NCBI GenBank assembly: GCA_944392135.1
Contig: CALXVQ010000001.1
Coordinates: 100,931-164,930 of the forward strand
From: an uncultured Rickettsiales bacterium
Lineage (GTDB): Bacteria > Pseudomonadota > Alphaproteobacteria > Rickettsiales > UBA1997
Direction of reading: 5' to 3'
Length of the DNA: 64,000 nt
Positions 1 through 10,191 of this stretch are shown in pieces. Below the pieces are notes generated by a model. It was not told where the DNA came from. It did no database searches and worked only from the letters and a program-made list of their open reading frames with translations. The translations under genes were made by a program, and so were the position numbers. Position 1 is the stretch's first letter; every line of letters starts with the position of its first letter.

Positions 1-150
1 AAAAAGTTAGATAAAGCATATAAGTTAATTACAGAAAATAAATTAAAATCTTCTGATATATATTTAGATTTAGGTTTTAAATCTTTATCACATTTTTCTA
101 ATTCATTTAAGAAAAAGTTCGGTGTAAATCCAACTTGTTTAATTGCTTAG
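1..150 (+). CDS. AraC/XylS-family transcriptional regulator, C-terminal fragment (5' end outside window)
   Basis: Frame +1 is open from the window edge to TAG at 148-150. The translation ...DIYLDLGFKSLSHFSNSFKKKFGVNPTCLIA matches the second HTH of AraC-type regulators. Confidence 0.6.
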   Translation, partial: KKLDKAYKLITENKLKSSDIYLDLGFKSLSHFSNSFKKKFGVNPTCLIA

Positions 151-260
151 TTTTTTAGTTTTTTTTAAAAATTCAGAATAAATATTTTTAAAAAAATACT
201 TGACAATTTTAATATATGACAATAATAATATATATTATAAATGTAATATATTAAAATTTT

Positions 261-764
261 ATGATTAAAAAAATTATATTTTTATTTGCTTTATTAAGTC
301 CATTAAAAGTTTTTGCTAATCCTGCTTGTGCTGTTTGCACTGTTGCAATAGGTGCAAGTTTAAGTATTGCCAGAAAACTTGGTGTTCCCGATTCTGTTGT
401 CGGTTTATGGGCTGGTGCTTTACTCACAATTTTGGGTTATTGGACCATATTATTTTTTGATAAAAAAAATTGGCATTTTAAGGGTAGGGACTTTTTAATT
501 ATAGTATTATCTTTATCTATGATTGGCTTTATATATATTAATGAAGTTCAATATTTGCCAGAAGTGATTTTATATGTTTTATATTTGGATCCAATATTAT
601 TTTCTAGTATTGTTGGTTCTTTAATATTTATATATTCACAAAAAATATATCAAATAATGAAAGCTAAAAATGGTGGACATGCTCATTTTCCATTTGAAAA
701 AGTTGTATTGCCAGTAGCTACATTATTAATATTTAGTTTTATTTTTAATTTTATTAATTTTTAA
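261..764 (+). CDS. Hypothetical multi-pass membrane protein with CAVC motif
   Basis: 167-aa ORF with a signal-like N-terminus followed by NPACAVCTVAIG and several hydrophobic segments. The next ORF starts 9 nt downstream. No family recognised. Confidence 0.5.
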   Translation: MIKKIIFLFALLSPLKVFANPACAVCTVAIGASLSIARKLGVPDSVVGLWAGALLTILGYWTILFFDKKNWHFKGRDFLIIVLSLSMIGFIYINEVQYLPEVILYVLYLDPILFSSIVGSLIFIYSQKIYQIMKAKNGGHAHFPFEKVVLPVATLLIFSFIFNFINF

Positions 765-773
765 AGGAAAATC

Positions 774-1361
774 ATGCAAAAAGCAAAAGATTTAAAAGAA
801 TTTATTGAAAAAGTTGATCAAGCTAAGAAAATGAACCCAAAAGATTTATCTTCTGATCAAGATTTAACTATTGGTATAATGAATTTAATTTCAATAGAAG
901 AACATTTAATGTTTTCGGGAGCTAAAACAGAAAAAACTGGCTATTATGATTTAATAGAACAAATTAGAGAATTAAGAAAAAAACTTATGCTAAAAGTTAT
1001 TCCTAGTTATGAAGGTGAAGTATGGTGTATTTCTAAACATTTACTTTCATCATCTATGAGATTAATGGAAGTTGGAACAAAACAACAAAGTTTAGGGAAT
1101 AAAAAAGAAGCATATGAATTATTTAATCAATCATATGAATTATATTGTTTGTTTTGGGGTTTAAATATGAATATGCTAAATCTTGAAAATGTGAAATGGG
1201 TAAAAGATGATATTAATGAAATAAAAGAAATTTCTAAAAAAATTAAAGATAACCCAGTAATTGAAGCAGAAATCAAAAAAGAAAATCCTAGTGATGATAA
1301 AAAGGTTTTTAGTGGCTTAAAAGAAACAATAAAAAAAATGGTTAATTGTTGTATTGAATAA
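774..1361 (+). CDS. Hypothetical soluble protein (C-terminal CC pair)
   Basis: 195-aa ORF tightly spaced between two Cys-motif ORFs; ends in NCCIE. No family recognised. Confidence 0.45.
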   Translation: MQKAKDLKEFIEKVDQAKKMNPKDLSSDQDLTIGIMNLISIEEHLMFSGAKTEKTGYYDLIEQIRELRKKLMLKVIPSYEGEVWCISKHLLSSSMRLMEVGTKQQSLGNKKEAYELFNQSYELYCLFWGLNMNMLNLENVKWVKDDINEIKEISKKIKDNPVIEAEIKKENPSDDKKVFSGLKETIKKMVNCCIE

Positions 1362-1373
1362 TAAAGGAAAATT

Positions 1374-1793
1374 ATGAAAAAAGTATATTATATTTTGCCA
1401 ATTGTTGTTATTATTTTGTGTGTTGCAATTTTTTCGTATTATAAATTAAATAGTACAACTAATATTGCAGTGGAAAATAATATAGAAGTTGAAAATGATG
1501 TTTTGCGAGATGATACAATATATTTCTTTTCTCATTATGGTTGTCCTTATTGTAATGATGCATTAGAATTTATTGCAATTAATTTTGATAAATTAAATAT
1601 GAAAATTCTTGATACTAATAATCGAGAGGATTTAAAACTTTTTATAAAATGTGCCGAAAAATTTAATTTAGACAAAAGTAAATTAGGAACACCTTTAATA
1701 TGTATGGGTGATAAATATTTTATGGGGTGGGGCAAACAATATGAAGAAGAGTTTAAAAAATATGCACAAAACTTTTTAAAAGTTGAAAAATAA
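1374..1793 (+). CDS. Membrane-anchored thioredoxin/glutaredoxin-fold protein
   Basis: N-terminal TM helix followed by a CxxC redox motif (SHYGCPYCNDA) and a GTP-type cis-Pro region (LGTPLI) typical of the Trx fold. Confidence 0.6.
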   Translation: MKKVYYILPIVVIILCVAIFSYYKLNSTTNIAVENNIEVENDVLRDDTIYFFSHYGCPYCNDALEFIAINFDKLNMKILDTNNREDLKLFIKCAEKFNLDKSKLGTPLICMGDKYFMGWGKQYEEEFKKYAQNFLKVEK

Positions 1794-1822
1794 AAAAATA
1801 ATTAACACAATACTTTTTTGAT

Positions 1823-2485
1823 ATGATGGAAGATAAAGAAAAATTATCACAATTGCCGATTGAAATAATGAAAAAAGCTGTAAAGGGTATAAGCTATATA
1901 GGGCATCCTTTACGGCTTAAAATTCTAGAATATATTGATGTAAATGGAAAATCATCTGTATCAACAATATCAAAAGCTTTAAATACCGAACAAGTTATAG
2001 TTTCACAAAATTTAAAAAAAATGAAAGAATTTAATCTATTAACAGCAGAAAAAGATGGAACTTTTGTTTATTATAGTATTTGTAGTGAATATCCAGCTAG
2101 TATTTTTGTTTGTATTAGGAAATTGTTTGGTTTAATGAGTGGAAAATATAGATTTATTGATGAAAATTATAAAGTTATTTTGCCAGAAGATTATACAACA
2201 ATGGTTGCTAATAGAATAAAATTATTTGCAAATTATGATAAAATGAGAATATTAGAATTTTTACTCATAAATGGTTCTAGCAATGTTTCACAAATAATAA
2301 AGGGCATAAATAGTAATCAATTAAAAGTTTCACAATATTTAAAAAGATTGAAAGATGATGAATTTATAAAATGTAAAAAAGATGGTAGATTTTGTTTTTA
2401 TGAAATAATAAATGGGGTACATAAAACTTCTATTCAATGTATACATAAAAGGTATAATTCTTTAAAAAATAAAAATGATTTTTAA
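1823..2485 (+). CDS. Tandem (duplicated) ArsR/SmtB-type winged-HTH regulator
   Basis: Two consecutive wHTH units in one chain: HPLRLKILEYIDVNGKSSVSTISKALNTEQVIVSQNLKKM... and YDKMRILEFLLINGSSNVSQIIKGINSNQLKVSQYLKRL... Confidence 0.6.
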   Translation: MMEDKEKLSQLPIEIMKKAVKGISYIGHPLRLKILEYIDVNGKSSVSTISKALNTEQVIVSQNLKKMKEFNLLTAEKDGTFVYYSICSEYPASIFVCIRKLFGLMSGKYRFIDENYKVILPEDYTTMVANRIKLFANYDKMRILEFLLINGSSNVSQIIKGINSNQLKVSQYLKRLKDDEFIKCKKDGRFCFYEIINGVHKTSIQCIHKRYNSLKNKNDF

Positions 2486-2552
2486 TATTTTACATATTAT
2501 TAGTTGAGTTTTTAAAAAAATATTATATTTTGTAATTAGATTAATAAAAAAT

Positions 2553-3185
2553 ATGATTATGAAAAAATATTTATTAATTACTTTATTATTTTTATTTAAT
2601 ATTTCTTTTGTATATTCTGCTAACTTTCAAAATCCTAATATAAATGTTGTAAAAAAGTTGCCAGAGCCTAATATGAGTGATCCATTTTTAAATATGCTAT
2701 CAAATAGAAAATCAACAAGAGAATATAACGGTGAAAAGCAAATAGATGATAATACTTTAAGTGATATTTTATGGGCTGGATATGGTATAAATAGAAAAGA
2801 TGAAGGTAAAAGGACTATACCTACTGCTATGAATAAACAAGATTTAGAAATTTATGTTATTAAAAAAGATGGTGCATATTTATATAATGCAAAAAATAAT
2901 ACTTTAACACAAATTACAAAAAAGAATTTATTTGAATTTTTTACAAGAAGTCAAGCATTTGTTGAAAATGCTAGTGTAATTTTACTTTATACAACAAAGG
3001 ATTATCAAGAAGATGTTTCTGCTATGCATGCAGGTTCTGCATATCAAAATGTTGCTATTTATTGTGCAGAACATAATATAGGGGATGTTGTAAAAGGTTC
3101 AATGGAAACAAAACAAATAGCAAGATATCTCAATATAAGGGAAAAAAATATATTAGTAGCACAAGTCATTGGAGTGAAAAAATAA
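2553..3185 (+). CDS. Nitroreductase-family (SagB-type) oxidoreductase with signal-like N-terminus
   Basis: RKSTREY, LSDILWAGYGINR and GSAYQNVAIYC motifs are typical of nitroreductase-fold FMN enzymes. The N-terminal hydrophobic leader ends in VYSA. Confidence 0.6.
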   Translation: MIMKKYLLITLLFLFNISFVYSANFQNPNINVVKKLPEPNMSDPFLNMLSNRKSTREYNGEKQIDDNTLSDILWAGYGINRKDEGKRTIPTAMNKQDLEIYVIKKDGAYLYNAKNNTLTQITKKNLFEFFTRSQAFVENASVILLYTTKDYQEDVSAMHAGSAYQNVAIYCAEHNIGDVVKGSMETKQIARYLNIREKNILVAQVIGVKK

Positions 3186-3214
3186 ATTAATATTTATTTT
3201 ATTTATTATATTAA

Positions 3215-3252
3215 TATTAGTAGAAATAATAATTAACTACTAATATTTTTTT
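3215..3252 (+). terminator. Putative rho-independent terminator (AT-rich stem)
   Basis: A 9-bp stem, tattagtag (3215-3223) pairing with ctactaata (3237-3245), is followed by a T7 run. It lies between convergent genes. Confidence 0.4.
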
Positions 3253-3263
3253 ATAATATAATA

Positions 3264-3638
3264 TTATTCAAACTTTTTGCTTTCTTCTTGAATTAATTTT
3301 TCCATTTTTAGTAATTTAGCATTTGATTCGTCTAGAATAAAAATGGTTTCTGGAACATATCTTAAATTAATTTTATCTGCTAATAATTTTTTAATTGTAT
3401 AGATATCTTGTTCATTAAGATGTTTGATAACTAATTTTTTATTTTTTTCTTCCATATTAGAAATATCAACATATACTTTTAGATTTCTTAAATTAGGGCT
3501 AATATCAACATTGGTGATTGATAATGTAAAATTTTTACCACCAAGCGACATCTCGCCTTTACTAAAAAAATCTAACAGTATATGTTGAATTTTTTTTTGA
3601 GTTTTTAATTGTAAAACACTTTTTGGTTTATCACTCAT
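3264..3638 (-). CDS. rbfA: Ribosome-binding factor A
   Basis: 124 aa. The segment ITNVDISPNLRNLKVYVDI...LRYVPETIFILD follows the RbfA pattern. Confidence 0.8.
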   Translation of the reverse strand: MSDKPKSVLQLKTQKKIQHILLDFFSKGEMSLGGKNFTLSITNVDISPNLRNLKVYVDISNMEEKNKKLVIKHLNEQDIYTIKKLLADKINLRYVPETIFILDESNAKLLKMEKLIQEESKKFE

Positions 3639-3644
3639 ATACTT

Positions 3645-4736
3645 TTATTTCTTTTTCTTTTTAGTGCTAACATCGGCGGTTTCTGCTGTACCTTCGCTTT
3701 CTTCATTAATTTCTTTAATAACTTCTTCATCATTGGCATTTAAAGGATCGGAAAAATTAGCTCTAATTTTTATTTCAATTTCGCTTAATAATTCTGGGTT
3801 AGCTTTTAAATAGTCCTTAACATTTTCTTTGCCTTGTCCAATTCTTTGACTATTATAAGAATACCAAGAACCAGATTTTTCAATAATATTTAAGTCAACG
3901 CCAAGATCTATAATCTCACCAATTTTTGAAATACCTTCACCATAAATGATTTCAAACTTAGCACTTCTAAATGGAGGAGCAACCTTATTTTTAACAACTT
4001 TTACTGTTGTTTCGTTTCCAACAGCTTCATCCTTATCTTTAATTTGAGCTGTCCTTCTAACATCAAGTCTAACAGATGCATAGAATTTTAAAGCATTTCC
4101 ACCAGTTGTTGTTTCAGGAGAACCAAACATTATACCAATTTTCATTCTTATTTGATTAATAAAGAATACAGTACAATTTGTTTTTGAAACAGAGCCTGTA
4201 AGTTTTCTTAAAGCTTTACTCATTAATCTAGCCTGTAAACCCATTTGATTATCTTCCATTGCACCTTCTAATTCAGCTTTTGGAACTAATGCAGCAACAG
4301 AGTCTACAACAATAACATCGACAGCACCGGATCTAACTAATGTGTCCGCGATTTCTAATGCTTCTTCACCACTGCTTGGTTGAGATATAATTAATTCATC
4401 TAAATTAATACCTAACTTTTTAGCATAGCTAGGATCAAAAGCATGTTCTGCATCGATAAAAGCACAAGTCAATTCTTGTTTTTGAGCTTCTGCAATAGCA
4501 TGAAGTGTAAGTGTTGTTTTACCAGAACTTTCTGGACCGTAGATTTCAATAATTCTTCCCCTTGGATAACCACCAACACCCAATGCTTCATCTAATGTCA
4601 AAGAACCAGAAGGAATTACTTTAATGTTTTCAGCTGGTTTTTGACCGAATTTCATAGCAGAACCCTTACCAAATTGTTTATCAATTTGTTGTAAAGCTAT
4701 TTCTAATGCTTTTTGTTTTTCTGATGATATTGCCAT
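3645..4736 (-). CDS. recA: Recombinase RecA
   Basis: Walker [10 protein letters not shown], plus the [15 protein letters not shown] and [14 protein letters not shown] motifs. Full-length collinearity with RecA. Confidence 0.97.
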   Translation of the reverse strand: MAISSEKQKALEIALQQIDKQFGKGSAMKFGQKPAENIKVIPSGSLTLDEALGVGGYPRGRIIEIYGPESSGKTTLTLHAIAEAQKQELTCAFIDAEHAFDPSYAKKLGINLDELIISQPSSGEEALEIADTLVRSGAVDVIVVDSVAALVPKAELEGAMEDNQMGLQARLMSKALRKLTGSVSKTNCTVFFINQIRMKIGIMFGSPETTTGGNALKFYASVRLDVRRTAQIKDKDEAVGNETTVKVVKNKVAPPFRSAKFEIIYGEGISKIGEIIDLGVDLNIIEKSGSWYSYNSQRIGQGKENVKDYLKANPELLSEIEIKIRANFSDPLNANDEEVIKEINEESEGTAETADVSTKKKKK

Positions 4737-4756
4737 ATATTTTTCCTATTTGTTTA

Positions 4757-5176
4757 TTAATTTTTTCTTTGATTATAACTATTATTTCTTCTATAATTAT
4801 TTCTTTTTACATTTTGTGTTTTTTTAGCAGAATTTCTAATAACTGCACTTAATTTATCTTTTTTATATTGCATTAATATTAAAATTATTATAAAAGCAAA
4901 TACACCTAACATTGTGTAAGCAATTTCTAAACAACCACATTTTGCTAAGTCAAAAATTAAATATATAACTACTACTAAAAATAAAGCACCAAAAAATTGA
5001 CCACATCTAAAATGCATTAAATATTTATCTTGCAATTTATGTCTATGCTCTTGTTCTTTTTTTACTAATTCTACTAAATCTTTTGATAATCCTTTTGAAA
5101 TACTTTCATATCTTTCTAATAATTCAGGAGGAGGTAAAAGTGTTTCTTTTTTTTCTTGATTCATATTATTATTCAT
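4757..5176 (-). CDS. DUF2335-like membrane protein
   Basis: LPPPELLERYESI...EQEHRHKL followed by two TM helices resembles the DUF2335 architecture. The tail is basic and Asn-rich. Confidence 0.45.
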   Translation of the reverse strand: MNNNMNQEKKETLLPPPELLERYESISKGLSKDLVELVKKEQEHRHKLQDKYLMHFRCGQFFGALFLVVVIYLIFDLAKCGCLEIAYTMLGVFAFIIILILMQYKKDKLSAVIRNSAKKTQNVKRNNYRRNNSYNQRKN

Positions 5177-5180
5177 ATTA

Positions 5181-5345
5181 CTATTCTTCGTTATTACTAT
5201 TATTTTTAATTATATTTCTAATATCTGTACCAATTGTTTTCCAATCATTTCTATAAATTTCTTCTGGAAAATATCTAATGTCTTTATCGGACATAGATAC
5301 AAAAGGAAAACAACTCATAAAACCGGATAAAAATCTTCTAAACAT
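5181..5345 (-). CDS. Small hypothetical ORF (54 aa), absent from the ORF track
   Basis: ATG at 5345, TAG at 5181-5183; translation MFRRFLSGFMSCFPFVSMSDKDIRYFPEEIYRNDWKTIGTDIRNIIKNNSNNEE. It ends 4 nt before the next minus-strand ORF. No homology recognised. Confidence 0.25.
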   Translation of the reverse strand: MFRRFLSGFMSCFPFVSMSDKDIRYFPEEIYRNDWKTIGTDIRNIIKNNSNNEE

Positions 5346-5432
5346 ATTTATAAAATTTTTAAACTACACATACAATTAAATATAAAAACTTTTAAATTGC
5401 AAGATATTTTAAAAAAATTAAATAGAAAATAA

Positions 5433-5876
5433 TTATAATTTTATTTGTCTTAAAGCTTCACCAACTACCATAGCTAAACTAATAGCAACATTGAGACATC
5501 TAGTATTTTCCTGCATTTTAATAACAACTCTTCCATCGACTGAATTATGTACTGTATCAGGCACTCCTGCACTTTCTCTACCAACCATTAATATATCATT
5601 ATCTTGAAATTGAAATGTTGTGTATTCAACAGAAGCTTTTGTTGTTAATAATATTATTCTATAATCTTTATTTATTTCTTTAAATTCATCAAAAGTTGCA
5701 TATCTTGTAATTTTTACTTTATCAATATAATCCAAACCTGATTTTTTAATTTTTTCTCTATTAAAAGGAAAACCACAGGGCTCAATAATATCTAAATCAA
5801 GTCCTAAACAAGCACACATTCTAATAATAGTTCCTACATTGCCTGCTATATCAGGCTCATACATTGCCACTTTCAT
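5433..5876 (-). CDS. trmL: tRNA (cytidine/uridine-2'-O)-methyltransferase TrmL (SpoU/TrmH family)
   Basis: 147 aa. The N-terminus YEPDIAGNVGTIIRMCACLG and C-terminal knot motif LNVAISLAMVVGE are typical of YibK/TrmL. Confidence 0.8.
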   Translation of the reverse strand: MKVAMYEPDIAGNVGTIIRMCACLGLDLDIIEPCGFPFNREKIKKSGLDYIDKVKITRYATFDEFKEINKDYRIILLTTKASVEYTTFQFQDNDILMVGRESAGVPDTVHNSVDGRVVIKMQENTRCLNVAISLAMVVGEALRQIKL

Positions 5877-7021
5877 ATTTTACTAACTAAACCTCTTAAA
5901 TTATAATTATATCTTCCATAATCATTTTTTGTTAAAGCCAAAAGAAAACCTAGTGTAATAGATATGCCAATCATAGAAGAACCACCATAACTAATTAATG
6001 GTAATGTCATTCCTTTTGTTGGTAATAAATTTATTGATACACCAATGTTAATTATTGATTGAAATAAAAATACTAAACTTAAACAATTTATGGCAAGATA
6101 TCTAAATAAATCAAATTCTGGAACTGATTTTAGCATAAATCTAAATGAAATAAAAAAGAAAATCATTAATACTAAAATACAAACAATAGCACCAAACTCT
6201 TCACCTATTACAGAAAAGATGAAATCTGTGTGAGCATCTGGTATATGATTTTTAATTGCACCTTCAAAAGGCCCTTTACCCAATAAGCCACCTGATGCAA
6301 ATGCTGATAATGATTTAGCAACTTGATAACTCTTTTCTCCACCTAAAAATACACTACTAATGTATGTATAAATTCTGTCGTGAAAATGTGGAAATATAAA
6401 ATATAAAGCAGTCAATGTAAATAAAGAAGCTAAGGCTAACCAAACAAAATATTTTAATTTAACACCTATTAAAAATAATGCTGAAAAAAATACAGATGAA
6501 ATTAATATTAGCATACCAATATCTGGTTGAAAAGCTAATAGTATTATTAATATAAAATACACAATAAGAGATAAATAAATGTGGCTATTATCAATTCTTT
6601 TAAATCTAGATAAAATATGAGAAATTATAATTATAAAAAAAGGTTTAATAATTTCAGAAGGTTGCAAAGAAAAGCCAAATAATCTAATCCATCTTTTTGC
6701 ACCTTTATTTTCCGAAGCAACAAATAATACTACTATTAATAATAAAAATAAAATTATAAAACAAATATATGAAATATCTATTATTTTTTTTTCATCTAAT
6801 GCAGAACAAAATAATATAATACACAAACCAATTAATGAGAAAGCTAGATTTTTAATAATAAATATATATGGGTTGGCACCTATTCTACTAGCAACAATAG
6901 GGCTAGCTAATGCTGTAAAAATATTTCCTAAAAATAATGTTATAACAATTAAAAAAAGTATAACTTTATCAATGGAAATCCACCATTTGTTAAAAAAATT
7001 TATATTTAATCTATTAAACAC
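5873..7021 (-). CDS. SEDS-family peptidoglycan glycosyltransferase (FtsW/RodA)
   Basis: About 10 TM segments; motifs QPSEIIKP, PDAHTDFIFSVIGEEFG and LPTKGMTLPLISYGGSS. Confidence 0.85.
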   Translation of the reverse strand: MFNRLNINFFNKWWISIDKVILFLIVITLFLGNIFTALASPIVASRIGANPYIFIIKNLAFSLIGLCIILFCSALDEKKIIDISYICFIILFLLLIVVLFVASENKGAKRWIRLFGFSLQPSEIIKPFFIIIISHILSRFKRIDNSHIYLSLIVYFILIILLAFQPDIGMLILISSVFFSALFLIGVKLKYFVWLALASLFTLTALYFIFPHFHDRIYTYISSVFLGGEKSYQVAKSLSAFASGGLLGKGPFEGAIKNHIPDAHTDFIFSVIGEEFGAIVCILVLMIFFFISFRFMLKSVPEFDLFRYLAINCLSLVFLFQSIINIGVSINLLPTKGMTLPLISYGGSSMIGISITLGFLLALTKNDYGRYNYNLRGLVSKI

Positions 7022-7104
7022 AAAGTGTAAAAAAATATGATATATAAGGATAATATAAAACTTAAAATTATTTGCAAGTGTTTATCGTAATAATTTTTAA
7101 AATT

Positions 7105-7663
7105 TTATTGATAATTATTTTTATAAAAATAATATTTTATATAATTTTATAATATTTATCCAAATGAAAAAAATACTATTTTACATTACATTATCTTTTT
7201 GTGTTTTATTTAATTATACTTTTGCAGAAAATATAGAAGAAACAAAAATAATAACAGAAAATAATAATAACAATAATAATAACAATAATAATAAACCATT
7301 AGTATCTGTTATTATGCCAGTATATAATGCAGAAGAATTTTTAGATAGAAGTATATCTTCTGTTATTAATCAAACATATGATAATTTAGAGATATTATTA
7401 ATTGATGATTGTAGTACAGATAATTCATATAATATATTAAAAGAATATGCTAAAAAAGATAAAAGAATAAAAATATTTCATAATCAAGAAAATCAACATG
7501 TATCAGAAACTAGAAATGTTGGTATTAGAAATTCAACAGGAAAATATTTATATTTTATAGATTCTGATGATTTTATTGATAATGATTATATAGAACATCT
7601 TGTAAATACTGCTGAAAAAGAAAATGCTGATGTTGTGGTGAATCCTAATATTTATCAATATAA
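7105..7663 (+). repeat. Copy 1 of a 559-bp direct repeat (promoter region plus first 166 codons of the GT2 gene)
   Basis: By eye this is base-for-base identical to 9633-10191. The first mismatch is at 7664 (g) versus 10192 (a). Confidence 0.85.
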
Positions 7664-8438
7664 GAATGGTAGGAAAAAATTAAATATATTGACTGAAACT
7701 TTTAACAAAGAAAAAGATAATAAAAATTATAATATAATAGCTATTAAAGTTTTTCCATCGGTTTATAATAGATTATATAAAAAAGATATTCAAGAAAAAT
7801 ATGATATATTTTTTCCAAAAGGTGTTAAATTTATAGAAGATACTTATTTTAATGTATTATTTTTTGCATCTTCTAATAACATTATTTTCATTCAACCAAA
7901 ATCTTATTATTATAGGAATATAACTGCAAATTCAATTACAAGAACATTAAATAGAACATCAAGTTTAAATGATCTTTTTTATGTTGCTAATAAACAATAT
8001 AAATTCTTAAAAAATAATAATTTATTAAATAATAATTATTTCATGAATTTAAAAGTATTTGAAGATGTACTATTTAATACCAAAATATATATAGAAAATG
8101 AAGAAAATATAAAAGAAATAAAAAGAGAATATTATACAAAAATAAGACAATTCTTATTATCAATTAAAGGCGATTTATTAAATAATAATCTTTTATATTA
8201 TAATGATGAAAAAAATATTTTATTAAATTTTGAAAAATATAAAACATACGATGAATATGAAAAATATTATAATGCAAGAGAATTAAAAAAAGATGTATTA
8301 GCACTATTTATGATGATTATTTTATCTATATTGATTTTATATACATTATATATTTTTTACAAAATATATAAAGATTTTAGAAAGGGTATTAATCCATTTA
8401 AGAATAATATATTTAATAAAATAAACAAAAATGAATAA
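7164..8438 (+). CDS. Family-2 glycosyltransferase, paralogue A (N-terminal hydrophobic leader, poly-Asn tract, C-terminal TM)
   Basis: VSVIMPVYNAEEFLDRSISSVINQTY, LIDDCSTDNS and the DXD motif FIDSDDF are typical of the GT2 fold. A C-terminal TM helix is present. Confidence 0.8.
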   Translation: MKKILFYITLSFCVLFNYTFAENIEETKIITENNNNNNNNNNNKPLVSVIMPVYNAEEFLDRSISSVINQTYDNLEILLIDDCSTDNSYNILKEYAKKDKRIKIFHNQENQHVSETRNVGIRNSTGKYLYFIDSDDFIDNDYIEHLVNTAEKENADVVVNPNIYQYKNGRKKLNILTETFNKEKDNKNYNIIAIKVFPSVYNRLYKKDIQEKYDIFFPKGVKFIEDTYFNVLFFASSNNIIFIQPKSYYYRNITANSITRTLNRTSSLNDLFYVANKQYKFLKNNNLLNNNYFMNLKVFEDVLFNTKIYIENEENIKEIKREYYTKIRQFLLSIKGDLLNNNLLYYNDEKNILLNFEKYKTYDEYEKYYNARELKKDVLALFMMIILSILILYTLYIFYKIYKDFRKGINPFKNNIFNKINKNE

Positions 8439-9639
8439 TAAAATTATTAACAACCCATTATTATCTTTAAATATATCAGTCTTATGCAGATCTCAACTTT
8501 TATTGCCTATATTATTTTTATTTTATCAACAAAATGGGTTAACAGCTGGTGATTTTTTTCTATTTGAAGGAATATCATCTTTTATAAGTTTAATTTTATT
8601 AGTACCATCTGGTTATATTGCAGATTTTTTTTCAAAAAAATATGTTTTACTATTATCTTTTGTTTTACTTTTAATAAAAAGCTTTTTATGGATATTTTTT
8701 AGTGGTTATTTTATTATTCTAGTTGGTAGTATATTAGGCAATATTTCTAAATCTTTATATTTTGCAACATCTGATAGTTATATATATGAATATTTGTCTT
8801 TGAATAAAAGAGAAAAAGAAATGCTTAATAGATATGGAAAAATGAATTTCTTTTTTTCATTAGGTATTGCTATAACTTCTATTTTTAGTGCTATATTTTA
8901 TAGTCATTTTGGAGCAATATTCTTATTAATTATAGATTTTATATTATCATCATTTGCGACATTTTTAATATTTAATTTACCAAACCTACCAATAGCTCAT
9001 AAAACAAATAAAAAAACCTTAAAATATAGATTTAGAGAAATGTTTATAACTATTAAAAGTGTTTTAAAAAATAAAAAAATAAATAAATTATTTTTTCTCT
9101 GTGGAATTTTTGGAGCAACAACATTAGTATCCGCAAACTCTTTTCAACCAATAATGAAATTATCACTAGTACCAGTATCAATATTTGGCATAATATTTTT
9201 TATAAATTATTTATTTAGATCTCTTAGTGGTATATTTGTAAATAAAATTCAAAATATATTTAGTTTTGATAAAATGCCATATGTTGTTTTTAGTATTTTT
9301 ATAATAGCATTATTATTGTTATCTACTAGTGCTGTTTTATTAAATAAATATTTTGTTTTATTTGCTATTTTTATAGCATGTATTGCAATTAGTTTTGAAG
9401 TGATGTTTAATATAGAATCAATTAGTTATATACATAAAAAAATATTTTTTAAAAGAAGATCAATAACATCAAGTATTATATTTGCCACAACTAAATTATT
9501 TTCATCAATATTTTTATCTTCATTTAAATTTATTTTATCATATTTATCAATATACAATGCAATATTTTTATATACTATAATATTTATTTTTTTATTTTTT
9601 ACAATAGACAGAGTTTTGGAATTAAAAGATAATTATTGA
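8431..9639 (+). CDS. MFS-type transporter
   Basis: About 12 hydrophobic segments. An MFS motif-A-like loop, GYIADFFSKKY, sits after TM2. The start overlaps the upstream GT2 stop. Confidence 0.55.
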   Translation: MNNKIINNPLLSLNISVLCRSQLLLPILFLFYQQNGLTAGDFFLFEGISSFISLILLVPSGYIADFFSKKYVLLLSFVLLLIKSFLWIFFSGYFIILVGSILGNISKSLYFATSDSYIYEYLSLNKREKEMLNRYGKMNFFFSLGIAITSIFSAIFYSHFGAIFLLIIDFILSSFATFLIFNLPNLPIAHKTNKKTLKYRFREMFITIKSVLKNKKINKLFFLCGIFGATTLVSANSFQPIMKLSLVPVSIFGIIFFINYLFRSLSGIFVNKIQNIFSFDKMPYVVFSIFIIALLLLSTSAVLLNKYFVLFAIFIACIAISFEVMFNIESISYIHKKIFFKRRSITSSIIFATTKLFSSIFLSSFKFILSYLSIYNAIFLYTIIFIFLFFTIDRVLELKDNY

Positions 9640-10191
9640 TAATTATTTTTATAAAAATAATATTTTATATAATTTTATAATATTTATCCAAATGAAAAAA
9701 ATACTATTTTACATTACATTATCTTTTTGTGTTTTATTTAATTATACTTTTGCAGAAAATATAGAAGAAACAAAAATAATAACAGAAAATAATAATAACA
9801 ATAATAATAACAATAATAATAAACCATTAGTATCTGTTATTATGCCAGTATATAATGCAGAAGAATTTTTAGATAGAAGTATATCTTCTGTTATTAATCA
9901 AACATATGATAATTTAGAGATATTATTAATTGATGATTGTAGTACAGATAATTCATATAATATATTAAAAGAATATGCTAAAAAAGATAAAAGAATAAAA
10001 ATATTTCATAATCAAGAAAATCAACATGTATCAGAAACTAGAAATGTTGGTATTAGAAATTCAACAGGAAAATATTTATATTTTATAGATTCTGATGATT
10101 TTATTGATAATGATTATATAGAACATCTTGTAAATACTGCTGAAAAAGAAAATGCTGATGTTGTGGTGAATCCTAATATTTATCAATATAA
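9633..10191 (+). repeat. Copy 2 of the 559-bp direct repeat
   Basis: Identical to 7105-7663. It begins inside the last codons of the MFS gene. Confidence 0.85.

Noticed and set aside
200-228. TTGACA-N17-TAATAA upstream of the first membrane-protein gene (and a similar TTGACA at ~11655) as promoters
   Set aside because: The -10 matches are poor, and such hexamers are frequent by chance in this composition. Only the slightly better cysS candidate was kept, at low confidence.
7261-7297. Poly-Asn-encoding (aat/aac)n tract in both GT2 genes as a slipped-strand phase-variation switch
   Set aside because: The repeat unit is a trinucleotide, so length changes stay in frame. Similar Asn runs occur in many proteins here, which is an AT-bias by-product. 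The tract is identical in both copies because it lies inside the 559-bp identical block.
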